Shown piece after piece: positions 54,217-64,000 of a stretch of 64,000 nucleotides of DNA. The notes below the pieces were generated by a model, which ran no database searches, had not been told where the DNA came from, and saw only the letters and a list, made by a program, of their open reading frames with translations. This stretch comes from Verrucomicrobiota bacterium (lineage in GTDB: Bacteria; Verrucomicrobiota; Verrucomicrobiia; Opitutales; Cerasicoccaceae), in contig JBCBUK010000006.1 of NCBI GenBank assembly GCA_039818205.1, positions 160,001 through 224,000 on the forward strand, read 5' to 3'. The position numbers were made by a program, and so were the translations under genes. The first letter of the stretch is position 1. Each line of letters starts with the position of its first letter.

Positions 54217-56403
54217 CTATTGTCCAATAATACTGAGGTTGGCACTCATCATCCAACATTCCCGTGAGTCGTCGAGTTTAACGAGACTCCAATCTCCACG
54301 GGATTCAATGATTTCGACCTCGAGTCCCTCGTAGACTGGTTCGGCAAAGGCGTTTTGATAAGCATAGCTTGGCCCCTTCTTGGCAAAAAAGTCACCGTCG
54401 GTGACGACGCCTGATGGCAGTGCAGTTGCCTGACGAAAAACAAACAGAAGGAGCGAGGCGGCCAGCAATAAAGAGGTGGTGATTAGGGTGCTCCGGCATC
54501 GCCAATCGGGATAGCGAACCTTGAGTAGGAGCACGGCCCAGAAAGCGAAGTTGAAAACAATGAGCAACAACTGAACCCAGTTCAGCGGAATCCGTTCCCA
54601 CCAAGGCTTCGTTTGTGGAACTGTGTTTGCGACCAGCATGCGAGCAACTTGTAGGTTCTCATTGAGTCCATTGTCGAATGGTAGATATCGCTCAGCTTCA
54701 CGATAGGCTGTGATCGAACGCCCTAGGGACCCTGCTTCGAACCAGGCATTGCCAGCATTGTACCAGGCTTCACCTACATGGTCTCCTGCTTTGGCGGCAG
54801 CCTCAAACTTCAGAGCCGCTTCTATAAACAGGAACTCAGCTTTGCTTATATCGCCCGATGCCGCCAAGGCCTGCTGATGGAGCTCTTGGGCTGTGTCCCA
54901 TTCCTCCGCTGGTAACTCCGTTTGCCCTAAGAGGAATAGACTGAGGACAAACAGGCTTGAGCGGCCGACCAGGCGATTTATTCGCAAGGCAATACCGCTG
55001 AGTTTAGAGTAGTCGGTTGGACCCTCAAGCGGGCCGAATTGCTCGCCGTCGGCACGAGTGTGCATCTCCTCGATTGATGCAATGTCTTCCCGGTCTGCCC
55101 CAATAGCGCGGAGCGCCTTCTTGGAATCGCGAATCGTCCATGCACGCTTTCCCGCGCGGAAGGTCGCAGCCATATAGGCAAGAAAAGCCTCCCACTGCTC
55201 GGGTGAATCGCACGTGCTTTTCTTAAAGGCGTCATAGGCCGCTACTTGGTCCCGGTAGTGAGCGTCCATGGCGCGTCGCCGGCGTTCTTTAGCGATGGGA
55301 AGCAAGGCGACAAAAAGAACTGGACCTAGGAGCAAGATCGGCCAGAAACCGATCTGGATCCAACGAAAAAGGAGATTCATGAGGTCGTTCATTTTATTTC
55401 GATCGAGGTTGTGCCAGATGCCTTGTGATTGTGAGATCAATGGTGTGCCAAAGTCTTGAAACACTGTGAGTTGATCCGCAGTGTCGGATTCCTGGATGGT
55501 CATTGGAACACTCTGGGTTGTAACGATTTTAAAAGTCCCGCTAGCCGGATCGAATACCTGAAACTCAATTGGCGGAAACTGCTTTGATGTTGCAGCAAGC
55601 GGACGAAAGCTGGTTTGGAAAGTCGCACCGCTCTCGTTCCAAAGGCGATTGTATCCGCCGTTGATGAGGAAGCGACGACGCAGGGCTCGTTGGTTAGCGA
55701 TCTTGGGTAACGAGAGCATGGCTGCGGGAACGGGAGTCGACACTTGAATATCGAGTTTCACGAGGCTGCCCACGGTAGTGTCCGTACTTCCTAGATCGAC
55801 TTCGAAACTAACGGGATCAAACAAGCCACTAAAGCGTGCATCAGCTCCGGGTGGCAAGGGAAGAACCTCGATCGATAAGCTATCAGAACTGATCGAAACT
55901 AGGTCGTGTTTCTGACTACGGTCGATGGCTTCGAAAAAACCGTTGTTAAAATAAGATGCGTAGCGTCCGAAGACACCCGCAGCCCGATGCAGACGGGCAA
56001 ACTTTAATGCAACATCACCAATCTCATAATTGCCTGGCCTCTCAAATTTCACGTAGATCGGTAGCGTGATCGTGCCAAGCGCCTCGTGATTATCGAGATC
56101 AAGTGTTCGGGTAGCAATGGCGCGACGACCACCGATTGGCAACCCGACTTGATCATTCTCTGGGGCGGTGTTTCGTGGAATGACCACTTGGACCTGGTCG
56201 TCGTAGAATATCGCTGGCTCAAGGCTAAGTGCGCGGATTGCGGTTGCTTTGATGTCGCTGCGCCAAACCAAATTGAGTCGAATGGGTTCGCCAACGTAAG
56301 CCGTCGTCTTCTCTGAAGAGACCGTAAACGACGTTCCCGCGTCGCTTGCGAGGCTTGAGCGGGCGATTGCCAATAATAAAAGTAGTAAAGTGAGGGCGCG
56401 CAT
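54217..56403 (-). CDS. BatD-like protein fused to a BatE-like TPR/SH3 region
   Basis: Signal peptide, Ig-like BatD segments (YVGEP, EVLPLP, FDP.SG.F), TM, then WYNAGNAWF TPR, TMs and SH3-like EGLEVEIIESRGDW. Confidence 0.78.
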   Translation of the reverse strand: MRALTLLLLLLAIARSSLASDAGTSFTVSSEKTTAYVGEPIRLNLVWRSDIKATAIRALSLEPAIFYDDQVQVVIPRNTAPENDQVGLPIGGRRAIATRTLDLDNHEALGTITLPIYVKFERPGNYEIGDVALKFARLHRAAGVFGRYASYFNNGFFEAIDRSQKHDLVSISSDSLSIEVLPLPPGADARFSGLFDPVSFEVDLGSTDTTVGSLVKLDIQVSTPVPAAMLSLPKIANQRALRRRFLINGGYNRLWNESGATFQTSFRPLAATSKQFPPIEFQVFDPASGTFKIVTTQSVPMTIQESDTADQLTVFQDFGTPLISQSQGIWHNLDRNKMNDLMNLLFRWIQIGFWPILLLGPVLFVALLPIAKERRRRAMDAHYRDQVAAYDAFKKSTCDSPEQWEAFLAYMAATFRAGKRAWTIRDSKKALRAIGADREDIASIEEMHTRADGEQFGPLEGPTDYSKLSGIALRINRLVGRSSLFVLSLFLLGQTELPAEEWDTAQELHQQALAASGDISKAEFLFIEAALKFEAAAKAGDHVGEAWYNAGNAWFEAGSLGRSITAYREAERYLPFDNGLNENLQVARMLVANTVPQTKPWWERIPLNWVQLLLIVFNFAFWAVLLLKVRYPDWRCRSTLITTSLLLAASLLLFVFRQATALPSGVVTDGDFFAKKGPSYAYQNAFAEPVYEGLEVEIIESRGDWSLVKLDDSRECWMMSANLSIIGQ

Positions 56404-58454
56404 CAGTAGTCTTTTTCCACGTTGGCAGCGCTGGCTCCGGCCCGTTTTTGTTGGCGAAACTGCTGGCTTCCTTGCTCCTCCAAGAGGATGTCTTCGGCTG
56501 AGTAGTTTGGGATTGGTAGTGTCTGCATCTCACTTTGCGCGGCAAAGTCTCCTGCGGACATGTCACTGGAGGTGGCACTCTGTTCAGCATCATCCATGTA
56601 GTCGTACTCATCGCTCATGGGATCACCTTCACCGTCGGAAGGCGCGTTGGAATCGCTCATGAACAGTTCGATGATCTCCGTGATGCGGGTGATTGCCTCG
56701 CTTTGCGCAGTCAACGCAAGGCTCCATTCGGAAGTTTGCGGAAGTGATTTTTCAGAGTCGTTTTGCATCGAAACGACGAGCCCAATTAGGCTTACGGCTT
56801 GCCGAATGTTGATTAGGTATTCGGGAGGGACTCCCTCCTTAGAAAATAGTGTTTGATCAAGCGTTTCAAGCCGGCTACCGATTGCTTGGGCGCGGGCTTT
56901 GAGCGCTGACTGTTGCTGAGCCAATTCGTTTCCGAGTGCTTGCGTCGCATCTTGCTGCGTCTTCTCCGTTACCGTTTTCAATGCTTCTTGGTCGTCGCGA
57001 AGTGATTCCAGTTCATTCAGGATCTCCTCAAGCTCCTCTTGAATGAGTGCTTCGGCAGCTTCGCGGTCACGAATAGCTTTCTGTATATGCTCAACGAGTT
57101 GAGCTATCGTATCGAGCCGTCGCCCTGCACGTTCGAAGCTTGGAGAATATCGTTTTGCACTGAGATAAGCCGATTGGGATTGTCGGGCTATTCGTAGTGC
57201 CTCCCAGGGGTTAGCAGACATTGCTTCCTCTGCTAATGCATTCAGACAGAGGCCCCGGTTGAACTGGACCACTGCTAGGTCTTCGGCATTGGCGTTTACC
57301 TGATTGGCGTCGGCTTCTAGGGTTGCAAACGACTCGGCCGCATCCCCGTAGTTCTTGGCTTCGTAGAGCTCTACGGCTAATTGAAATTCATTGGTGAATA
57401 TATCGCTCGCAGCTTCTGTCCGTGGGCTGAAAAAGACAGCGATCGCAATCGCAACCATTGGAGTCGTTGGCACTTTACTTAGTTTCCATCGATGAGCAAC
57501 TAGCAGAAATAGTAGGGCCGGGACCAAGAAGAACGCATTGGCTTCCTGGTAGGTCAGCGTTCCTTGGTCTTGTTCAAATAGCTTGCGTGGCTTGTCTTTG
57601 GTCTGGTCCAAATAGATGTTGCCGAGGTGAAACGGAGCTGTAGTTACTGGATAGTAAGTGACGCGGTTACTCTTCGATGCAAAGCTTGAAAGCGACGAAT
57701 CCTCCAGTCGTGTGTAGATGAGGCCTTCCTCGTTTTTCATCAGGCGCTTCAGGCCTTTGTCATCAATGATCGGAATCGTGGCTCCCTGGTTTGGATTTCC
57801 GATACCGACGATGAGCGAATCGACTCCATGCTCATCGAGGAGCTCTGTGATGCGGTCCATTTGTGAGCTATGATCTCCGCCATCAGTGATCACGACGAGA
57901 TCCTGCAGGCCTTCGCGGTTATCCATGAACACCTGATCGACCGCCTTCTCAACAGCGGACTGAAGTGCCGTCCCTCCAAAGTCCACGGCCCGTGGATGGA
58001 TTTGGTCGAGCATATAGTTAACGAAGTCGTAGTCTTCAGTCAGTGGACAAAATATCGTCGCACTCCCGGCAAAAGCAATAAGACCAACTCGTTCGCCATT
58101 GAGTGAGGTTAGCGCATCGCGAATACCCTGTTTGGCGACCTCGAGGCGATTCGGTTGGGCGTCCTCAGCAAGCATGCTTTGCGACACATCAAGCGCGAAG
58201 ACAACATCACGCTCGGATCGGCTGAAGGACTCCCGTATCGGATCGTAGCCGGGCCGAGCGATAGCCAGAACCAACAGTATCCAGCTAGTCAGAAACAACC
58301 CATTGCGAATCCGTCGGTTAGGGGAAAGACTACCACCCATGGCTTGGACTGTCTTCTCACGATTGCTCTGCGCATAGCGGAGCACCCAGACCAAAAGGCC
58401 TGAGGCAGGGAGCAGCAAAAGCATTGCTGGCCACTGAAACGTGAAATCGGTCAT
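56403..58454 (-). CDS. BatB-like VWA protein with TPR/coiled C-terminal extension
   Basis: DVSQSM MIDAS, PNRLE, CPLTED, GGT, ITDG; FNRG TPR-like segment; ends VEKDY. Confidence 0.85.
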   Translation of the reverse strand: MTDFTFQWPAMLLLLPASGLLVWVLRYAQSNREKTVQAMGGSLSPNRRIRNGLFLTSWILLVLAIARPGYDPIRESFSRSERDVVFALDVSQSMLAEDAQPNRLEVAKQGIRDALTSLNGERVGLIAFAGSATIFCPLTEDYDFVNYMLDQIHPRAVDFGGTALQSAVEKAVDQVFMDNREGLQDLVVITDGGDHSSQMDRITELLDEHGVDSLIVGIGNPNQGATIPIIDDKGLKRLMKNEEGLIYTRLEDSSLSSFASKSNRVTYYPVTTAPFHLGNIYLDQTKDKPRKLFEQDQGTLTYQEANAFFLVPALLFLLVAHRWKLSKVPTTPMVAIAIAVFFSPRTEAASDIFTNEFQLAVELYEAKNYGDAAESFATLEADANQVNANAEDLAVVQFNRGLCLNALAEEAMSANPWEALRIARQSQSAYLSAKRYSPSFERAGRRLDTIAQLVEHIQKAIRDREAAEALIQEELEEILNELESLRDDQEALKTVTEKTQQDATQALGNELAQQQSALKARAQAIGSRLETLDQTLFSKEGVPPEYLINIRQAVSLIGLVVSMQNDSEKSLPQTSEWSLALTAQSEAITRITEIIELFMSDSNAPSDGEGDPMSDEYDYMDDAEQSATSSDMSAGDFAAQSEMQTLPIPNYSAEDILLEEQGSQQFRQQKRAGASAANVEKDY

Positions 58455-59476
58455 GGGATCGTGCGAAGCCAGGTTGATTCAAGTATCAACGCGAGGGTGA
58501 GAGCGAATAGTGCAATGGTCGTTGGGATCCAGGCCAACTGAACAACTCGTTGAGAGCTTCGGGTTGCGATATCCGTTTGTTCCAGCTCGTTGATCTCGCG
58601 ATAGACGGAACGCAAAGACTCGACGTCGTGCGCTTGGCGGAAGATACCACCGGTTTCGTTGCTGATGTGCTCTAAGACCTGTTCAGCAGAATTGAGCTGA
58701 TTGTCGGATTCCTTTGCAATATCGATCGGAGGATCTCCCAGGCTGATCGCATAGACTCGGCAATCCCAGGCTTTGGCGAGGCCAGCAGCTTCGGTCGGTA
58801 GATGATTACCGGAATTGTTTTCACCGTCGGTGAGTAAGATGATAACCCGGCTCTTGATGTTCTTTAGGTCTTCTTGCCGAGCGTTTTGCTGGAGCTCTTC
58901 GAGGTTCTTTAGGCGGGCAGCAGCCAAGGCGAGTGCATCACCGTAGGCGGTGCCATCTTCGTTTGGGCGTTCCTGGATGTCGACGCCTCGGATGATCTGG
59001 AGCAAGGCGTCGTGGCCGAAGGTGAGTGGGCTCCGGGTGTCGGCGTAGCGCGCAAAGGTGATCAAGCCGATCAGGTCGTCGGGGCGCCCCATGAGCGTGT
59101 CGTCATCGCCCGCGACAAACTGCTCAACGATGGTTTTGGCAACGTCCATCCGAGTGCGCTTCTTGCCGCTAGAATCACCAGTAATAGTCATCCCCATACT
59201 GCTGGAGACATCGACCAATAGCTGGATTGCAATCCCTCGTTTGATGTCTTGCGAGTAATAGGACATTCCTTGGGGCTTCGCGATCGCGACGACTACACCG
59301 CATATCGCTAAGCCCTTTAACGCAAATGGCAACCAGCTGAACTTGATTCGCAATGAACTGCCGCCATTCCAAAGGCGTTTGGAGGGTACGTTGATAGAAG
59401 CATACTTTCGCTTCCAAAAGGCAATGAGCAGTGAGGGCGGTATTAGCAACAACAGCCAAGGATAGGCGAAGCTCAT
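58451..59476 (-). CDS. BatA-like VWA protein
   Basis: FAYPWLL N-terminus, DVSSSM MIDAS, GTAYGDAL, LLTDGENNSG. Confidence 0.9.
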   Translation of the reverse strand: MSFAYPWLLLLIPPSLLIAFWKRKYASINVPSKRLWNGGSSLRIKFSWLPFALKGLAICGVVVAIAKPQGMSYYSQDIKRGIAIQLLVDVSSSMGMTITGDSSGKKRTRMDVAKTIVEQFVAGDDDTLMGRPDDLIGLITFARYADTRSPLTFGHDALLQIIRGVDIQERPNEDGTAYGDALALAAARLKNLEELQQNARQEDLKNIKSRVIILLTDGENNSGNHLPTEAAGLAKAWDCRVYAISLGDPPIDIAKESDNQLNSAEQVLEHISNETGGIFRQAHDVESLRSVYREINELEQTDIATRSSQRVVQLAWIPTTIALFALTLALILESTWLRTIP

Positions 59477-60210
59477 GAGCCCACCTCCTTCTCCAGTAGA
59501 TTAGCCAATAGCTCGTGATTGCAGTCTGAGCCATAGACAAACTGCTCCATAGTAGCCTGCAATTCAGGTGAAAGCGAAGCTGTGTGCGTTGCCAGATAAT
59601 TTTCAACTAAAGGGGTTGGGTCTTGGTCATTCTTCAGTGCGCGGCATAGATCTTCGAGGGCGTCCGATGTATCATTATCTTCGCCGGGATTTGCTGCACA
59701 CCGTTTCTTTTGAATGACTATGCCGCCGATCACGACGACGATGGCAAGGGCAACGATGACCGCCTTCTGAGCACTGTTCGAGGAGCTGGATGGGGCGGGT
59801 AGGCTGGCTGCAGTCGCATCGGTATCCGCTGCACGATAGGGAGCGATCGGAATCGTAAGCTCTGGCAAAAAAGCTTCCTGGCTGCGATCGATGAACTGCA
59901 GTCTAACCGGGATTGGCGCAATGATTGCACTGCCTGATGACACCGCTTGCAGCACAAACCGGATGCGATGGAAGTATCGTCCCGAGTCGTAGTCAGTGCT
60001 GTGCGCACTTTGATCGATGAGCTGTAGTTTGTGGTGTCTAGGCCAGGTGATTTCTGCGTTACTGAGCGAATCACTTTCGATGGTGGCGATCAACTCGATC
60101 AGGTCGCCCGGCTTGGTTTTATCGGGTGATACCTGCCAGCTCAGGTTTGTCTCACCAAAAAGTAGCGAGCAGAGGAGAGGGAAAAGAAGCCATGGAAAAA
60201 ACGTCTTCAT
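59473..60210 (-). CDS. Hypothetical exported/membrane protein of the MoxR-Bat operon
   Basis: Signal peptide, Ig-like region, one TM; overlaps both neighbours. Confidence 0.75.
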   Translation of the reverse strand: MKTFFPWLLFPLLCSLLFGETNLSWQVSPDKTKPGDLIELIATIESDSLSNAEITWPRHHKLQLIDQSAHSTDYDSGRYFHRIRFVLQAVSSGSAIIAPIPVRLQFIDRSQEAFLPELTIPIAPYRAADTDATAASLPAPSSSSNSAQKAVIVALAIVVVIGGIVIQKKRCAANPGEDNDTSDALEDLCRALKNDQDPTPLVENYLATHTASLSPELQATMEQFVYGSDCNHELLANLLEKEVGS

Positions 60211-61079
60211 TACCCGCCCGTCTCGTCAACTGCCTTGCGCTGTTGCGCATGAAAAAACTGTGCAAGGGCTTCGACGACATCGCTACCGGCTTCTACCTCA
60301 AGATGATCGACTCCTGCTGACATCATTAGGTCGCGGATCTGTTTGCGATGCTGCTGATCTGAGCCTTTGCCGCGCCTGAGTTCGATCACCTCTCGTTCAC
60401 CCGTCTCCGAATCGGCAATATGGATCAGGCCATTGGGAACATCAGCGGGCAAAGGTTTCTCGCTAACGTGAATAGCGAACACCTGATGTTGATTGGACAG
60501 CATCTGAAGCTCTTGTAAGTCGACGTCGAATAAGAAATCCGAAAGAATAAAGATGATCGAATGTTTGCGAATCATCCGCCCCAAGCCGTGTAGTACCGCG
60601 TTGAGGTCCGATGCTTGGTGTGCCGGTTCGTGTTCGACAAGCTCCGTCAGCAGACGCATGGCATGAGAGCGTCCCTTGCCCGGCGCGGTGATGTGCTCAA
60701 TAATGTCCGTAAAGAGCATCAAGCCAATACGATCATGATTCTTTATCGCGGCAAAGGTAAGCATCGCGCTCAGATCGCGGACTGTTTTGAACGTTCGTCC
60801 TTTGGGATCATGGCGCATCGATGCTGAGGCATCCACCAATAGGTAGAAATGCTGCTCTCGCTCCTCGATGAAGCGTTTGATGTGCGGCTCCCCGGTTCGC
60901 GCAGTTACGCGCCAGTCCATGGCACGAACGTCATCTCCAGGTTGGTAGCTTCGAACATCTTCAAACTCAATTCCGCTACCCCGGAACACCGAGCGAATCT
61001 TGCCGGCCAATAGGTGCTCAACGGGCCGACGACACTTGAACTCCAGGAGGCTGATTTGGCTCTCAATATTGTCCAGCAT
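60210..61079 (-). CDS. DUF58 domain protein
   Basis: GSGIEFEDVRSYQPGDDVRAMDW, DASASM, LSDF. Confidence 0.93.
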   Translation of the reverse strand: MLDNIESQISLLEFKCRRPVEHLLAGKIRSVFRGSGIEFEDVRSYQPGDDVRAMDWRVTARTGEPHIKRFIEEREQHFYLLVDASASMRHDPKGRTFKTVRDLSAMLTFAAIKNHDRIGLMLFTDIIEHITAPGKGRSHAMRLLTELVEHEPAHQASDLNAVLHGLGRMIRKHSIIFILSDFLFDVDLQELQMLSNQHQVFAIHVSEKPLPADVPNGLIHIADSETGEREVIELRRGKGSDQQHRKQIRDLMMSAGVDHLEVEAGSDVVEALAQFFHAQQRKAVDETGG

Positions 61080-61131
61080 CGTGCGTGAAATCGGGGTTAA
61101 CACCAAAGGCCGAAAAGGCTGGCGGAGTGAA

Positions 61132-62145
61132 CTAGCTCGTCACCTCGTCTTCGGTGACTGGAATTTGCTTTAAGATGGTCTCGAGGAGATCGTCTGAGTT
61201 GATTGATTCGGCCTCAGCGCGATAGGATATCGCAATCCGATGTCGTAATATGTCGTGCGCGACATCTTTGACGTCCTGTGGTGTGGTATATTCGCGGCCT
61301 TCCATCAAGGCATTGCCTCGAGCAGCCAACGAAAGAAAAATCGATGCGCGAGGCGAGGCGCCGAAGCGGATGTACTGGGATAGGTTCAGATTAAACTGTT
61401 TGGGATCGCGTGTCGCGTTGACGATTCGGAGAATATACTTCTCGACCTTCTCGTCGATGAATACGGCGTCAATTGCCTGGCGGAGGTTGAGGATAGCGTC
61501 GATGTCGATCACCGGTTTGACTTCCAGCATCGGTTGGCTGCGGGCCATGCGCTGCATGATAACCAATTCCTCATCCGGGCTTGGGTAGCCAACCTTCAAC
61601 TTGAACATGAACCGGTCCACCTGCGCTTCGGGTAGGAGGTAGGTGCCTTCTTGTTCAATCGGGTTCTGGGTCGCTAGGACTAAGAATGGTTTGGGCAGAG
61701 GGAAACTCTCCTTGCCGATCGTGACCTGCTTTTCCTGCATCGATTCGAGCAACGCACTTTGCACCTTGGCAGGTGCGCGATTGATTTCGTCGGCTAGAAG
61801 CAAGTTGGCAAAAATTGGTCCTTTCTCCGGCGTGAACGAGTAGGTTCGCGGGTCGTAAACTTGAGTGCCGGTAAGGTCACCAGGGAGCAGGTCGGGCGTA
61901 AACTGTATCCGACTAAACTGCGCATCTATCGCTTGGGCCAGTGAGTTTACCGTTAGTGTTTTGGCCACGCCGGGCACACCTTCAATCAGGACGTGACCGT
62001 TGGTGAGTAGCGCCAGTAACAAGCGATTAACTAATGTTTCTTGCCCAACGATGACCTCACTGAGGCATTGCCGAATTGAGGCCAACGTTTCTGCAACCGC
62101 CGCCATGCTTGCACGGCTTTCCTCTGATGCTTGAAGACTGCTCAT
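61132..62145 (-). CDS. moxR: MoxR-family AAA+ ATPase
   Basis: EGVPGVAKT, RIQFTPDLLP, LADEINRA, ATQNPIEQEGTY.LPEAQ.DRF, GASPR. Confidence 0.96.
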   Translation of the reverse strand: MSSLQASEESRASMAAVAETLASIRQCLSEVIVGQETLVNRLLLALLTNGHVLIEGVPGVAKTLTVNSLAQAIDAQFSRIQFTPDLLPGDLTGTQVYDPRTYSFTPEKGPIFANLLLADEINRAPAKVQSALLESMQEKQVTIGKESFPLPKPFLVLATQNPIEQEGTYLLPEAQVDRFMFKLKVGYPSPDEELVIMQRMARSQPMLEVKPVIDIDAILNLRQAIDAVFIDEKVEKYILRIVNATRDPKQFNLNLSQYIRFGASPRASIFLSLAARGNALMEGREYTTPQDVKDVAHDILRHRIAISYRAEAESINSDDLLETILKQIPVTEDEVTS

Positions 62146-62492
62146 GACAGTAAATTCGTGATAGGTGCCGATGGAGTGGAGGCGATGATCTCGGATGCGG
62201 GCTTCATGTTCAAGTTGCTGACCTTCAATAAGATATTGGGCTGAATGATTCGGTCTTAAACCTTAGGGCGCTTGTAGTTTTTTTGCAATTCTTGTTGTCG
62301 AATATAAGGAACAAATATGCGTGTATGTTTTGGGCATAGTCAATGTAATCTCCGGATATCTTTCGGCTAGATTCGAAACTGACCAACACGTCTCTGTGCC
62401 GTTTCTATTCTGGCAGCGCAGTCCGCAAAATTGGAAAATTTTCGGTGGCGCATCCTGAGTTTGTCTCCATGCTTGGGAGTTTTTCTGTTTCC

Positions 62493-64000
62493 ATGCCTCG
62501 ACGTCTCCTCAAATGGTCCGCTTGCGCACTGGCGGTGCTTCTCTGCTTAGCCATCGTTGGTGTGCTTACGTTTCAGTTTTGGTTTCCGCTTCTGCTCCGG
62601 AAAGGAGGGGAAGCCCAAGGTGCCCGATTTGAGATCATTGAGTTCCGCGGAGGTAGTGTCATTGTTGGTCAGGTTGAGTGGGTCGATCCGAGTATGAGAG
62701 TCACGGTTGAACGTGTCGAGATACCGGGTCCATGGCACCTGATATCCCGCCGGTGGCTGGGGAATGAAGACGACGCGGTGGTGAATGTTGAAGGCGTCGA
62801 AGTCTATCCTCAAGTGTCGACCGAGAGCCCCGAACTGCCCGAGCCAAGTGTTTCTGCGAAACCGATCGAGCTATCGGCGAGTCTGCAGCAGGGCATGGAG
62901 GCATGGTCATTGGTGTTTGAATGGGTTGATCGCATCAACGTCGACTCTGCCCGCTATTGGCAGGGCAATGAGCCTTTGGTTGAGTTGCAGCAGCTTGAGG
63001 TGACTGTCGAGCAGGTCGAGATTACCGACCTCAATGTCTTGGAGGGCTGGAACGGCAATGTGCGAGTTCTCCGGGACGACGGGCCAAATTTTTCTTATCG
63101 AGTCAGCGTGCCGCAGCGTCAGTTGCAGGTTGAGGGGCAACTGAATAGCGGTGATCAATTGGCGACCGACGGCCAGATTCAGTTCTTTGGTAGTGTCGCT
63201 ACTTACCAAGTGAGTTGGCCCGATGCAGGCGTCGTTCCTAGCCAGGCTAGGCTCCTTGCGGACCAATTCACGATCCCTGAATCGCTGATTGAGTTTCCCG
63301 ATTATCAAAGTCCGGTATTGACCATCGATGCGGCGTGGAACGGCAATTCGGGAACGGTTCAGCTGCAAGCCGGTGCTGAACCTCAGGTTGGCCGAACACT
63401 ACCGGCCTTGGCGGCCGAGCTCAACGGAACGACGGATGGTCGCAAGATTTCGGTGGATCAGTTTTTCGCTGAGGCCTGGTCCAGCGAGATCCGACTGGAC
63501 GAGCCGTTGCGGATTGATCTCCAGGACTTGGGGGCAACTCCAGATGCCTTGCTCACGGCCAAGTTAAACTTAGATGAGCAACCGTTACTCCCTGTCACGG
63601 GTTTGTTGGATGGTGAGATTCGAGTTGAACAGAGCCCCGGCGATTATCCGACCGTTTATCTTTCACTGGATGCGCAGGCAGTCGCCTATGAGGACTTTGA
63701 GGTGCGTCGCTTTGATTTATCGGCGATTTTGGATTGGCCGCGTTTGCGTTTGGAGCGACTCGATATGAGCACGTTGACGATTCCGAGTCTGACGGCTGAA
63801 GCCGAGGTCGATCTTGGCGCGGAGTATATCGAGTCTGCCTCGATCAGTTTCGATCTAAACAACGAGTTCGTTCCGAAGTTGGAGCAGATCGTTGGTGATA
63901 TCGAGGCAGGTTTCACCCGTGCTTCCATTGATTTAGAACTGGAAGGCCCGCTGGCGCAGCCCGTTCATCGCGGATCGCTTTCGGCGAAGGGCGTGCACGG
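62493..64000 (+). CDS. Large membrane-anchored TamB/AsmA-like protein (3' truncated by window edge)
   Basis: 5' part translated by hand (MPRRLLKWSACALAVLLCLAIVGVLTFQFWFP...): N-terminal TM anchor then beta-rich sequence. The ORF track lists no ORF in this frame, consistent with no stop before the window end. Confidence 0.6.
   Translation, partial: MPRRLLKWSACALAVLLCLAIVGVLTFQFWFPLLLRKGGEAQGARFEIIEFRGGSVIVGQVEWVDPSMRVTVERVEIPGPWHLISRRWLGNEDDAVVNVEGVEVYPQVSTESPELPEPSVSAKPIELSASLQQGMEAWSLVFEWVDRINVDSARYWQGNEPLVELQQLEVTVEQVEITDLNVLEGWNGNVRVLRDDGPNFSYRVSVPQRQLQVEGQLNSGDQLATDGQIQFFGSVATYQVSWPDAGVVPSQARLLADQFTIPESLIEFPDYQSPVLTIDAAWNGNSGTVQLQAGAEPQVGRTLPALAAELNGTTDGRKISVDQFFAEAWSSEIRLDEPLRIDLQDLGATPDALLTAKLNLDEQPLLPVTGLLDGEIRVEQSPGDYPTVYLSLDAQAVAYEDFEVRRFDLSAILDWPRLRLERLDMSTLTIPSLTAEAEVDLGAEYIESASISFDLNNEFVPKLEQIVGDIEAGFTRASIDLELEGPLAQPVHRGSLSAKGVH

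Overview
Bacterial chromosomal window. A PVC-superphylum origin, probably a marine Verrucomicrobiota/Opitutales organism, is my inference from gene content and was not tested. Left flank (1-17.9 kb) is housekeeping: the end of the F1Fo ATP synthase operon (atpAGDC), a MidA-like methyltransferase, mscS, a cNMP/CBS/DUF294 + DEDDh exonuclease pair, dnaX, a TlpA-like protein, glgC, a STAS protein, MlaE/MlaF-like ABC genes and rsmD. The centre (about 18.6-53.4 kb) is a roughly 35 kb red-algal galactan (agar/porphyran) catabolic locus. It holds a CYP236-like P450/ferredoxin/ADH/esterase cassette, a ThuA-Gfo/Idh/MocA-HEAT module, two S1 sulfatases, two GH86, a GH16 with an altered catalytic motif, a GH2 and the 3,6-anhydro-L-galactose (AHG) pathway. 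The most novel part is an IclR-associated operon combining a signal-less solute-binding-protein fold, two CoA-transferases, an enoyl-CoA hydratase, a MaoC dehydratase, a second AHG-dehydrogenase paralog and two lactonases, ending in the 2-keto-3-deoxy-L-galactonate enzymes. I infer this is an uncharacterised CoA-dependent route for modified (probably O-methylated) agar sugars. The right flank is a GT2, a MoxR/VWA (Bat-like) operon and the 5' part of a TamB/AsmA-like gene. dnaX carries an A9 run flanked by out-of-frame stops (tau/gamma recoding candidate). I saw no rRNA, tRNA, CRISPR array, integrase or transposase. All family calls come from motif recognition; no database searches were run.
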